Source: a virus (taxonomy: Duplodnaviria > Caudoviricetes). From it: a stretch of 56,253 bases of DNA. Below the pieces are notes generated by a model. The model saw only the letters and a program-made list of their open reading frames with translations. It ran no database searches and was not told where the DNA came from. The first letter of the stretch is position 1, and every line of letters begins with the position of its first letter. Of the stretch, positions 28,301 through 38,500 are shown piece by piece. The stretch is from IMG/VR virus record IMGVR_UViG_3300030451_004176, positions 1 through 56,253 of that record; one strand, 5' to 3'. Made by a program: the position numbers and the translations under genes.

Positions 28301-31300
28301 CTTCATTTTTATCTGATTCATTTTTTATTTTTCTTACAGCTGTATTGTAATCATTTATAGCATCAACACCTTGTTGAGATATGTAACTTCTATAACTTAT
28401 TTCAGAATCTACAATATTTTTAAATGCTTGAGGTAAAAATCTTTTACTAGTTAAAAGAACTCTATTTAAATACTCTATGGTTTCTTTAAAGTCTTTTGGT
28501 GTTGGGTTACCAGCTTTGTCTCTTCCCATAAACCAATTGTTTATTTTTCGGAATATGGATGTAAAATCAAATCCTGCTTTTTTTATTTCTTCTTCCTTTT
28601 CGATATCAGACTCCCGTACTTCTTCTTCCACTTCTTGTATACCTTCGGTTGGTTGAGCATCAAGTATATCTCCTGTTTCTTGCTTTTGAATGGCATAATT
28701 ATTAATTTTAGTTAGTAATTCATCTGCTTTAATATCTCTGTCTGTACTAATGTCAATATCTAAATCAGGTATTAATTCAGAAATTTGACTCAACTCCTCT
28801 AAGGTTAAGTTATTATCTCTAGACACAGCATAAGCAGCAATCTTTCTTGCTTCTATAATGCCGTCTTCTAGAGTTTCTTCTACCTCTTCCACTTCTTCTA
28901 CCTCTTCCACTTCTTCTACCTCTTCTGGTTTTTGTTGAGTTTCTTTGTCTTGGAGAGCTCTTTCTTTTAAAGCAGATACTTCTTTTTCAGATTGGTCAAT
29001 TATATCATCTATTTCTTGTTGCTTTGCTTTTATTAACCCATCGTACCCTCTTTGCATTCTTTTATTAGTAGCATTAGATTTTTGTTCTTCCAGCTTATTA
29101 AGCTCTAATATTTTTCTTGCAATGTCTGATTTCTGTTCTGGATCTAACCCAGGATAGGCGTTAGTTTGTTCGTAGGCATTTTTAATATCCTCAATGCGTT
29201 GCATTATATCGTTAGCCTCATCAGCAGTTAATTCTCCTTTTGCAATTTCTACTTTTAACTTAGTTTCAAAACCTTGTTTTATATCTTCGTCTTCAGCAAT
29301 AATTAAAGCCGCAGCTATTTGTTCATCTGTCGCTATGTCTGACGGACCATTTTGAGCTAGAGTAACTGCAGTGCTTACGATACCACCCGCTGCAAAACCT
29401 AAGCTACCTTCTAAAGCGGTGTCTTTCCAAAACTGTTTAGTAGATGGATTAAACTGTTCGCTTTCAGTAAACAACTCTCCTTCAGTGTTGCCTGCCAGCT
29501 TTTCCATTTCATTCAATATTTCCTGAAGCCCTTTTTGAGTCCACCCCTGTGATATTTCTGTAACAGCTTCTCCAGTTGCTCCAGTAAAAAGTTTTGCAAC
29601 TTTGTAAGGATTGCTAAATATTTCTTCAATGTGTCTAAAAAATCCACGTAAGGTAGATTTCTTTCCAGCATCCATAAAGTATTTTTTTAAAAGCTTTTCT
29701 AATACAGCACCTATTTTACCAGTAGAAAATTTAAGACCTAATCTGTCTAAATAAAAAATAGCAATACCAACTGCTGTTTTTAAAGCTAACTTGTGACTTT
29801 CTGGAATATCATCAAATAAAGGATCTGTATCCATTCTTTCTGACAACCTTTCATAAACCATTGCTGCAGAAGAAGCAGGTAATGCATTCATCATAATACC
29901 CGCAGCTGATGGTCCTAATACTAGAAAAGCAGCCGTAATGTTTCCAGCTAATTCATCAAGAACAGTTAATAACTGTCTTCCCCAATTGCCTTGTCTTCTT
30001 ATAGCTTCTATTTTTTCTTTTGGTATATCTCCTTCCAGTCCTAAAAAATCTCTTAAATCATCTGCATCTTTTCGTATTTGATTTCTTTGATCTTCATCTA
30101 ACCCGCCAAAGGGAGTCTGAAGTAAATCCAACATATGTATGTAAGCACCAAGCAAAGGATCTTGAATAGCGTCTATAAAAATTTGCGTCCAATATGCGTA
30201 TTCATCAGACAAGTTCATTTCATATGGACCTGTTTCAATTTGATACTTTCTATAGTACTCTATTTTTTGAGCAATCAAAGCAGTGGATTCATCTTGAAGC
30301 TCATCCATCACCTCTGCTTTAGCAATAATTTTTCTGCTAGTTTCTTCAATTTCTTCTTGCAGTTTCAGGTAATCATCAGCAGCTTGGTTTATTTCTTCAA
30401 ACGTTGAGTTAGGATCTCCAACAATTTTTTTTAATTCTTCTGCTTGTGTTGTTTGATCTTCTAGTTTTTTAATGTAATCTTCTCTTAAATCAAGTAGTTC
30501 TTTTTCTAATTGTACAATGTTTTTTCTAATTGCTTTTATCTCCTCTAAGTCTATTTGCTCATCTACTTCACTTCTTACTTTTTGTATTTCTGTTCTTTCT
30601 GAACGAGCATTTTTTTCAATGAATTTTTTTAACTTCTCTTTTTCCTTTTTTATTTTTCTTCTTTGCTTTTCAGGTTTTATTGGTTTTAAAGCTAAATCTC
30701 CATCTCCTCCACCTGTAAATATTTTCCCTATAGGACCCAAATCAACATCGGTTCTGGCTATATTTAAATCAATTGTTATTTCATCCGTTACATTACCATC
30801 TTCATCAACCGCCTTTACAATCATTGAGTCTCCAATACCTGATTGCTCCGCTTCAATACCATAGTCATTATAAATAGAGTTTACAAATGGAACTGAGTCT
30901 TCTTCATCACTGGTTATTATCTGATCTCCAATAGGTGTATCCAAAACTTTTGTGGGGGCTTCACCTGATTCTGTTTCATCAAAAGCTTTGTCAATTTCAG
31001 CTGTACTATATCTAGTGGTTATGTCTGAGTCAGGGTGTAATCTACGATGGGAATTTACTTTTTCTTTAAACTCATCTTTCTTTACTTCTTTGTCTACTCT
31101 TTTCGTTTCTTCTAATACTGTTTTCTGCAGCTCTGTAGGTTCCTTTCCTTCTGCAGTAGGTAATACTATAGACTCCTCAATGACAACTTCTTTTTCATTT
31201 CCTTCTGGGTCGGTGTATGTAGCTTTAACTACATCTTTCATTTCTTCAACTTCACTAACGTCTTTATAAAGCTCTAACTGTTGTTTCTTATCTTCTCTTC

Positions 31301-32339
31301 TGACTATTTGTTGTTGTAACCCTGGATCTGTATTTGGATCTTTTCCTAATGCTGTTTCATTTTCTATAACTACATCTAAGTCTTCAATTTCTTTTTCCAG
31401 TTCTTGTATTTCTTGACTAGTTGTTTTACCTGTTTCTGTTTCTGGGTCAATAGCAGTAGGTACACTAAAATCCCCTGTAGTTGTTTTACCTGTCTTTTCT
31501 TGTGTCTTGGTAACAACTACTACTTCATCTAACAATATACCATCAAAAGATGGGTCTTGCTCTTTGATTTTGTCTAAGACTTTTTGTTGATCTTCATCTT
31601 TTAATTCAGATGGTTTGGTAGGTGTATTTTGATCTATCTCAAAAATTGTTTTTCGATCATCTGCCTCTGCGTCTGGAGTTGGTGTTGGTGCTGGGGCTGC
31701 TGGAGGAGGTGTTTTTGTAATTTCCTCTTTTAAAGATTCTTGAGCAGCTTCATAGTTTTCTTTGTAGTATATCCCGCTTTTAGCAAATATTTCTCCACCT
31801 GGGGACTTAGATGCTCTTTTTAAATCATTTCGGGCTTTTCGATTAGTGGTTTTATATGAATACTTACCTATGTCATATCCAATTCCTTTAAATTTTACAT
31901 TCGTAGGAATATATCCTTTCTCAGCTTGTTCAAAAGTAATACCTTCTACGTCTGGGTCTAAGCCAGTTATTCGTTTATACTTCTCTTTCCATTTATCATC
32001 TGTGGGTTGTTGAGCAGCAGGTGGTTGTTGAGCAGCAGGTGGTTGTTGAGCAGCAGGGGAAGAAGCTTCTTCATCATTATCAACGGGAGAAGGTGGTTCA
32101 ACCTCCGTTGGAGAAGGCTCCGATGAGGTAGGCTCTTGATTTTCCACGATAGTGGATTCCATACTTTCCTCTGGAGAAATAGAAGTTGAATCTTTTTTTT
32201 TTAAAACAGATTTTTTTATTGACTCTAATTCTTCTACTCCGTCAATATCATCAAACCTTTCTAGTAAGTCTTGATTACTTACATCAGAATTATCTTGTAA
32301 TACTTTAGTAACTCTTCTTAATGTTTTTTCACTTGCCAT
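25359..32339 (-). CDS. large internal virion / DNA ejection protein
   Basis: 2326 aa, helical; last gene of the podovirus-type core block; acidic low-complexity N-terminus. Confidence 0.65.
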   Translation of the reverse strand: MASEKTLRRVTKVLQDNSDVSNQDLLERFDDIDGVEELESIKKSVLKKKDSTSISPEESMESTIVENQEPTSSEPSPTEVEPPSPVDNDEEASSPAAQQPPAAQQPPAAQQPTDDKWKEKYKRITGLDPDVEGITFEQAEKGYIPTNVKFKGIGYDIGKYSYKTTNRKARNDLKRASKSPGGEIFAKSGIYYKENYEAAQESLKEEITKTPPPAAPAPTPTPDAEADDRKTIFEIDQNTPTKPSELKDEDQQKVLDKIKEQDPSFDGILLDEVVVVTKTQEKTGKTTTGDFSVPTAIDPETETGKTTSQEIQELEKEIEDLDVVIENETALGKDPNTDPGLQQQIVRREDKKQQLELYKDVSEVEEMKDVVKATYTDPEGNEKEVVIEESIVLPTAEGKEPTELQKTVLEETKRVDKEVKKDEFKEKVNSHRRLHPDSDITTRYSTAEIDKAFDETESGEAPTKVLDTPIGDQIITSDEEDSVPFVNSIYNDYGIEAEQSGIGDSMIVKAVDEDGNVTDEITIDLNIARTDVDLGPIGKIFTGGGDGDLALKPIKPEKQRRKIKKEKEKLKKFIEKNARSERTEIQKVRSEVDEQIDLEEIKAIRKNIVQLEKELLDLREDYIKKLEDQTTQAEELKKIVGDPNSTFEEINQAADDYLKLQEEIEETSRKIIAKAEVMDELQDESTALIAQKIEYYRKYQIETGPYEMNLSDEYAYWTQIFIDAIQDPLLGAYIHMLDLLQTPFGGLDEDQRNQIRKDADDLRDFLGLEGDIPKEKIEAIRRQGNWGRQLLTVLDELAGNITAAFLVLGPSAAGIMMNALPASSAAMVYERLSERMDTDPLFDDIPESHKLALKTAVGIAIFYLDRLGLKFSTGKIGAVLEKLLKKYFMDAGKKSTLRGFFRHIEEIFSNPYKVAKLFTGATGEAVTEISQGWTQKGLQEILNEMEKLAGNTEGELFTESEQFNPSTKQFWKDTALEGSLGFAAGGIVSTAVTLAQNGPSDIATDEQIAAALIIAEDEDIKQGFETKLKVEIAKGELTADEANDIMQRIEDIKNAYEQTNAYPGLDPEQKSDIARKILELNKLEEQKSNATNKRMQRGYDGLIKAKQQEIDDIIDQSEKEVSALKERALQDKETQQKPEEVEEVEEVEEVEEVEETLEDGIIEARKIAAYAVSRDNNLTLEELSQISELIPDLDIDISTDRDIKADELLTKINNYAIQKQETGDILDAQPTEGIQEVEEEVRESDIEKEEEIKKAGFDFTSIFRKINNWFMGRDKAGNPTPKDFKETIEYLNRVLLTSKRFLPQAFKNIVDSEISYRSYISQQGVDAINDYNTAVRKIKNESDKNEAKIASQAYLNGLVPKEFFEGSKTKEEVINDLENEKNSIENQISDLEKAKTEIDPKSKQAQKQKDGIDSKIANLEDRLETIDAFEKLKILDQLTPESMPDDVFQASVELRSIIDKNTKDIIELNRTLGMIDEETINIMEENLGSYLKRSYQVFNDKNWYKKVTDDVLSNAAQDIFNKYIEQGQSPELAAENTRRDIEAYTSKNGKEILEKGIKNPVKQKSKKRVPLKIRMLMGQYGDAVQQFAQTIQSQSAKVASMKAIKDVIDLGLKTNVIFESQEDAIKAHPDGSHNNVFIVGGKTYYSNEGMAYELNEPDLSGIKEKAEFEKLKDNLIRGWQKSVGYYKYGLTVLSPTTQAINFTGNTLIAANNGHINLLKLPDVVKTFQKDGRDIYNYLIKEGVINSSVRLEMVEDLLQKSPEDILLDSANEKNTFSSRMINAIKGFPKKTYEAGDNFWKIYGFFNEAGQYSLAEYGKPYNKLNAEEKKIINKKAADIIKDIYPNYSKISDFVRRFKTVPVASPFLSFTYESFRIQLKNLKLAYQEISDPNPMIKAIGLKRLAGISAATAGVAAIVGSSQEDEDMDRNTPEGKAKFDQSKRYTFSWQENSDIIPLSIENGVYKYIDATASNPFGPSIKMMNAWDPEKDIVQNTIEMLKVGGAENFLSGDILARTISNVINNQSDYGGNIYEPEASDDVKMDAIIDYVKRKILPGFIKFAEKAKDQGFKDIAISMTGVKPFEVDMRKQFGYKAGKFEYGGRKKDIEDAASSFIERGLQQEGYDNIDDYLEKNFDVLIDDFAENFDQFVGEDGYLKNIFPTDIKGSSVFLRFRDFQEEFTNQNEKYKEMVNELHKDYKALVEAGGVPEKEALQILTDKGFNAKEQQEIISNAPRDVKTKLTKKFYNSLYSEVSKMSDARRKKLKLDKFYEFYKGQKLRIPMAPESKMTAREALKKRLATLKMTEEEYRNAVDTLDFNGVDLVDFMRFKN
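28875..28925. repeat. 18-bp tandem repeat encoding EEV repeats
   Basis: ttcttctacctcttccac x ~2.8. Confidence 0.85.
32005..32057. repeat. 18-bp tandem repeat encoding PAAQQP x3
   Basis: ggttgttgagcagcaggt x ~3. Confidence 0.9.
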
Positions 32340-32349
32340 TAATTATATT

Positions 32350-34137
32350 TTAAATAATATCAACTACACCATCACCTAGTGTAGCATCTAACTCAGCTTG
32401 AAATAATTTTAAAAATTCAGGTCCTCTTGTTAGGGTTGGATTTTCCCATAATATTTTATTCAACGATTCAATAACTTGCCTGTGTTGAGTTGGAGCTAAA
32501 TTAGCAGGTATTTTAAAATTAACAGGATTATTTCTAAACGGTGTTCTTTTACCCATAGAAATTTCTAAATTTTCTGCAGTTTCTTTTACGCCTACATTAC
32601 CCCTAAATGATTCAGGAACATAACCAGGCATATCTGTTCCTAAGTTTTCAAAGTTTGTAGAGTAAGCAACTTGCTTCTTAGCATCAGACCTATTTAAATA
32701 TTCTTCCAAAGGAACTGCTCTTATACCCACTCGTACAGTAACATCTGAATCTCTTTCCCCTGGATCTGCCTTAAATACTTCTGCTTTTCCTGGGTTATAA
32801 TCTGTTGTAGTAGTAATATTGCTTTTTCTCCAAACATCAGTAAAAGAAGATTTATCATTAGTAGCTTTTTGATAAATACTATATAAATCCTGTGTTATTT
32901 TTTCATTTGAAATTGGTTGCCCATTCTGCCTAACATTTACTATAGTTCTTTGTATTTTACTTTTTTCTGGGAAATCAAAAACATAAGCAGTTATTTCTCC
33001 ATTTTGATCTAACTCATAATTAACATCATCTGCACCTAGTGTTGTAGCTATTGATGACATAGAAGATTGAAAATCCGTTCCAGTTGTTAAAACATTATTT
33101 ACTGATTTAACAAAATCGCTTCCTGTTTTTAATTTATCTACTGCTGCTTGACCCTTATCACTACCTACTCCAGACACACTTTCAAAAGGAAGTGTTCCTT
33201 TTACATCTTCTGCAAAAGCTTTAATAGCATCTTCATTTATTTTTTCAATTTGTTCTGGCACAACTGATATGATACCATCTTTTATTGTCATAAAAATACT
33301 TTCGGTATCGTTAGAATCGTAAGTATCAAAGTTTACTTTTTTATAACCACTTTTATTATTTTGAATTAAATAATTAGTAGCACTTATTTGTCCTTGATCT
33401 GTAAATTGAGCAGCAGATAAATCCTCAACAGTTTTTTCAAAATTAGGGTTGTTCCTTGGATCGAGTATAGTAGTTCTTCCATCTGCGCTAGTTTTACTTG
33501 ATGCCTTTTGAACAGCCTTACTAACATTAGAGACTTTGGTAGTGGTATCAAACTTATCAGACTTAAATAGCATTAAACCATTTAAATCCTTCATAGTCAT
33601 CGATTCTCCAATAGGTTGATTGTTACCATCATATCTTTGAAAAACTAATCTCCCATTTTGAAACTTAGGCTCCAAATTGTCAACTTGACCAAACCTTTCT
33701 AATAAATCTCCAGCAGCTGAATTAACAGGTCCCATATCTCCTGTTTGAACACCTTTTTGATATTTTTGATATGAGGTGTTGTAGTTTTGATTAAAACTTT
33801 TAAATAAATTGTATTGACCTTTTAAGTCGGCATAAGCAATGTTGTAATCCTTTTGAGATATCTCTTTAGATAACATTTGATCTTTTAAGGCTTCATTAGC
33901 ATTTGCTAAAGAATAACCTACATTAGATACAAAGACTTGATGAGATGCTCTTTCTGAACCTTTTAAACCCTCTATTCCTTCTTCTAACTCTTTAGCAGCA
34001 GATATTACTCCACTTCTTTCTTCTAGTCTAGCTTTCTCTCCCTCCTCTAATTTATCAGTTATTTTTTTAGTTACATCTGACCAATTTACAGCGGTAGGTC
34101 TTTCTCTTTCAACATATCCGTAAAATTCTTTTGCCAT
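32350..34137 (-). CDS. internal virion / ejection protein
   Basis: 595 aa, middle gene of a small-medium-large trio after the nozzle. Confidence 0.55.
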   Translation of the reverse strand: MAKEFYGYVERERPTAVNWSDVTKKITDKLEEGEKARLEERSGVISAAKELEEGIEGLKGSERASHQVFVSNVGYSLANANEALKDQMLSKEISQKDYNIAYADLKGQYNLFKSFNQNYNTSYQKYQKGVQTGDMGPVNSAAGDLLERFGQVDNLEPKFQNGRLVFQRYDGNNQPIGESMTMKDLNGLMLFKSDKFDTTTKVSNVSKAVQKASSKTSADGRTTILDPRNNPNFEKTVEDLSAAQFTDQGQISATNYLIQNNKSGYKKVNFDTYDSNDTESIFMTIKDGIISVVPEQIEKINEDAIKAFAEDVKGTLPFESVSGVGSDKGQAAVDKLKTGSDFVKSVNNVLTTGTDFQSSMSSIATTLGADDVNYELDQNGEITAYVFDFPEKSKIQRTIVNVRQNGQPISNEKITQDLYSIYQKATNDKSSFTDVWRKSNITTTTDYNPGKAEVFKADPGERDSDVTVRVGIRAVPLEEYLNRSDAKKQVAYSTNFENLGTDMPGYVPESFRGNVGVKETAENLEISMGKRTPFRNNPVNFKIPANLAPTQHRQVIESLNKILWENPTLTRGPEFLKLFQAELDATLGDGVVDII

Positions 34138-34140
34138 TTT

Positions 34141-34683
34141 TTATGCTAAATAATTAAATAATCCAGCACCTACTTCACCAAAAGCTTCAAAACCTCCTTG
34201 CATTTGACCTGTTCTTTGTTGTTCGTATTGTGCAGCAGCTATTTGAGCACCTTTAGCTCTTTCTAATTGAATATCCTGAATTCTTTTTGCAACAGCTTGT
34301 TCTTCAGTTGCTATATCAGATTCGAGTTCTTGAATGTCTTTTTGTCTTTGAGCAAATATATCTTGCTGAGTCTTACTAACTTGCTGTTGTAAACTAGGGG
34401 CTAAAGCTAAAGCTGTTCTAAAATCACCACCTACGTTTTCTAATATTTGAGAAGCTGCTTGTGATGTGGCTTCTATTTGTGGTGTATATATATCTTCGTT
34501 TACTGTTCTTAATTTTTCAGCATTTATTTTAGCTTGCTTCATAGCTTCTTCTACAGCTAAACTTGCTTGATCCTCAGCATCCTGCATATACTCTCTTGAT
34601 TTGTTTGCACTAATTAGATCTCCAATACCGCTAGCAGCTTGAAGCCCTAAAGTAATTAATATCTTAGCTGTGAGTGGATCCAT
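34141..34683 (-). CDS. small ejection (pilot-like) protein
   Basis: MDPLT plus hydrophobic A/G N-terminus, Q/A coiled coil; TATATTTG box at 34715-34722. Confidence 0.6.
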   Translation of the reverse strand: MDPLTAKILITLGLQAASGIGDLISANKSREYMQDAEDQASLAVEEAMKQAKINAEKLRTVNEDIYTPQIEATSQAASQILENVGGDFRTALALAPSLQQQVSKTQQDIFAQRQKDIQELESDIATEEQAVAKRIQDIQLERAKGAQIAAAQYEQQRTGQMQGGFEAFGEVGAGLFNYLA

Positions 34684-34723
34684 AAAGAGTTTGTTTTTAA
34701 TTAAGCTTTAAATGCAAATATAG

Positions 34724-35524
34724 TTAATTTTTACGTAAAGTAGGGTTGCTCATCATCATATCTGAAACCACAGAAAACAATTCTGAAGCAAACCTATCAT
34801 CGCTTGTTAATGTGTATTTCATATAATGACCTCTTATTCCGTGTGATTCAGCCACTGTATTTTTAACATACATTATAAAATCTCCATTATTCGGAGGAGT
34901 TATAGGTAGAGTAGCATTAATCGTAATTACATTGGTTGCTCTATTTACATCTGTTACAGTTCCAGAATCTTTCACTCCAGAGGGGCCTATTCCCGGAGAG
35001 AAGATAGTGTCTCCTATGCTTAAAATAGAATCTATTTCAACGTTAGAGGCAAAGGCAATGTCAAAAACATTAGGCGCTGTATTAGTAACAGTAGTGCAAT
35101 TAGCAATACCATTGGCGTATCTAATTAAAAAATTAATATCAGTACTTACATAACGGATAAAAGAAAATTGATTACCTTCCTTTGTTTCAAAATAAGCTTT
35201 ATCAATTGAAGCTACTTGCGGTAATCCGCTAGCTCCCAATAAATCTGTTTCCAAATCCACTTTCCATTTGGTATCGGATTGTATTTCTATGGTCTTAAAA
35301 AGTTTATTTTCAAGAGGAGATTTATTAAATACACTCGTTACCTTAGATTCATATTGTACGCCATAAAAATTAGCTCTATTTGTATTAGTATTATGCCTGT
35401 ATAGTTGTCCATTTTTAAATGAATAAAAATAATTATTCAAACCAAGCATTGACTCAGGTATAAAAGAATAAAAAGAAGGCCATCCTTTATCGCTAGGGCT
35501 ATATGTTAAAGTATATTCTGACAT
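34724..35524 (-). CDS. tail protein, probably the separated C-terminal part of the nozzle
   Basis: TLTYS...GWPSFYSFIPE, KEG, GIRGHY motifs. Confidence 0.55.
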   Translation of the reverse strand: MSEYTLTYSPSDKGWPSFYSFIPESMLGLNNYFYSFKNGQLYRHNTNTNRANFYGVQYESKVTSVFNKSPLENKLFKTIEIQSDTKWKVDLETDLLGASGLPQVASIDKAYFETKEGNQFSFIRYVSTDINFLIRYANGIANCTTVTNTAPNVFDIAFASNVEIDSILSIGDTIFSPGIGPSGVKDSGTVTDVNRATNVITINATLPITPPNNGDFIMYVKNTVAESHGIRGHYMKYTLTSDDRFASELFSVVSDMMMSNPTLRKN

Positions 35525-38500
35525 TATGAAAAGTAATCATATATAATATAAAGATAATTTAATGATGGTGGTGGCGCAGAAGGGTTAAAATTAAAACTAC
35601 CTGAGTAAACTCCCGTGCTAGTGGGTGACACAGTAGTAATGTTGTTAGCAGCTGTAAGCAAAGCATTAATGTTTGATGGGTTATTTTGGTATAGTATATT
35701 ACTCCAAAAATACATTTGTCTGTTACTAGTAGGATCAAAATCATAAGTATCAGAAGTTTCTTTGGAAGTAATAACATCCACCACTGAAGAAACAGATCCT
35801 GTAACCAAACCTGTGGTTGGTATCATATTAACACCTTCTTGACCTGATATAATTTCATACTGAGCTACATAGTTTCCAGCTGTTTTACCAGGGATAATAT
35901 CAGTTTCAAAAATAATGGTATCCGAATACAATGGGCTTGAATAAGGTTCTGCATTAGACCATCTAAACTTATTTGTTATTTGTTTCCCAGCATCAGAAGG
36001 ATTATAAACAGTTACTAAAACAACTGCAAATTCAGCAGCATTAATGCAAGTATTTGTTAATTGAAAAGTAGCTGGTGTTACAGTTGGATTACTTACAACT
36101 ACCTCAACATTAGCTTCTTCTACAGACGCTTTGTCTTTTGTAAAATTTAAAGTTCCACTTCCAGTAATAGCTCCTGTGGTAGCAGTAATCCCATCATAAG
36201 TTACATTTAATGTAATCTCACCTGCAGAAATATCATATCCAAGACTTCCTGAACCTATGCCAGTTCCGTAATCTAAAATGTAATTTACATTATCTTTTCT
36301 TGTTGTAAAAGTTAATATATTTCCACAATTGTATAGTTTTATCTCTTGGGGTAAATTAATTTCATTAGAAGATAAAACATATTCGTCAATAAAAGGGTCG
36401 TAAGCTCCTATTTTTTGTGTGTTTGGATATTCAATAAATAAATCCCTAAACCAACTTCTCAACCCAAAATTTGAAGCTACACTCAGCTGTTCGTTGCTGT
36501 ACGAATCTCCACGAAGCTCTATAACAGCTCCTCTTGATGAATCAGTAAAATATTTTCCAATACCATATTGAACATAGCTTTCTGGATTTTTACTTATACC
36601 ATATTCCTCTACTCTTGCTATTTGAGTGCCTAATACATTAGTACTAGCTGAAACATTAGCACTTCCATCAGAGTTCAACAGTTGAGTTTTCTCCGCAAGC
36701 ACATAAGATATTTTGTTTTCTTGAAGGGTTAATAAGTCCGACTTTCTACCATCTAATATTTGTATATCTCCATACCTATTGTCTAAATCTTTAAAGTTTA
36801 AGGTTCCTAGATTAAAAGAGTTTAAACGGTTAATATTACCTTCTAAGTTAAATAACCCACTATACGTTATAGAAGCCCCTCTATCAGCTTCTTTAAACTC
36901 TTCATCAGACACACCATAAACTCTGTTTCCTATAGTAAAGTTTTGTTTTTTAATAGAGTCTAATATTCTAATACTTTCTACTCCATTTCTAAATGTAAAA
37001 CAGTCATAAAACTCATTTATTACAATAGCTGGTGAATTAGCTGTACCCGGTTGAACTGGAGTTGAACCAGCAAAAGCAAGTTCGATACAAATCGTGTAAA
37101 CATCTGGCACTTCTACCACAGTATGTTCTCCTTGATAAGCCGTGTGTGTAAAAGGTAAATTCTGATTTATAATTACAGTGTCTCCGACAGTATAAGAGTG
37201 TGGTGTGTTAGAGCCACCAAATATAGAGTTATCTGTAAAAACTACATTGTTACCATAACCATTGGTTGAAGCAGTTAAGCCAACGGCAGTTCTATAAGCG
37301 TTGTTTTGACCATTATCAGCAAAGCTCCAATCAAATTGATTTTGAAAATTACCTTGATGTTTATTGTTAATTATTTCATAAGACTCTTCTCCTTCAAAAA
37401 AGAAATTAGGATTTGATTCAACTGGTTCTGTTTCAAAAACAAGTGGTTGAGATACTTGTTCTTCTATTGTAATACTAGCCGAAACTTTACTAGGAGCAAA
37501 ATCAAGTTGTATAGGGCTAACTGCACTAACGCAAGCTTGGTAATTACAACGAAATCCAATAGCTGGTGTCCCTGGACTATTCAATGGGTTTAAACTAATT
37601 ACGTGATAATCTCCAGCTGGCTTCAAAACTGAAGGTGTTTGAATAGATTCTCCAATAAATTTAATAGGAAACTCAGGTTCTGAGTTTGGTCCATAAGATA
37701 TGTTTAATACTGGAAACTCATTATTAATTCCAGAGACAAACTGATCAGTAATCATTTGAGATAAGTTTGTTCTAAAGTTTTGAGAAGATGTTCCTGTTGT
37801 TACATTATAATTTTTATTAGCTCTTTTAGTAATTTTTAAATGTTGATAACCCACCTCTTTACAAGCAGTAAAAAGATAAGTATCAGCCTTTTCCCTCTCA
37901 TATAAAACATCAATTGTAATGTAAGTACCTACAGGAATAATGCCTGTTGCCCAGGGACCTGTAAGCATAGGCGATAAATCTAAACACAAATTAGCATATT
38001 GAGCAGATAAAGAAGATCCTTGCTGAGATTCTACCCCTTCAACAGTTACTGACTCAAACCCTACTCCTAAAGGATCATAAGTAGTGGTTCTTTTCAACTT
38101 AATATAAACTCCAGCAGGAGGATTAGGGGTGGATGTCACATTAGGTTGTGTGCTTTTTGTTACAACAACTACTTCTTCGTAATTACTTTTTGGTGAGTTA
38201 CCATCGTTTTTAGCTATTAGTATTTGACCTTCAGTAACTTTAGCAGCTTGCTCACCTTCTAATAAACACCAAAAAAATTGATTTTCATCATTATCTTCAT
38301 ATGCTCTCACAGCATATATAGTATCATACTCTAAGCCAGATGGCTTGATAGCAAACTTATATTTTTTCGCCCAAGAAGGAGGATTCATTGATGGGGGAAT
38401 AGTAGTTTTTGCTTTGTTTTGTATAACAGAATTTGAAGCTGGTACTTTAAAACTACTGTTGTTACTTAATAATGGAGTAGAAGACCTGTTGTATTCATCC

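Noticed and set aside
28875-32057. CRISPR-like arrays
   Set aside because: The repeats are in-frame 18-bp tandem units with no spacers.
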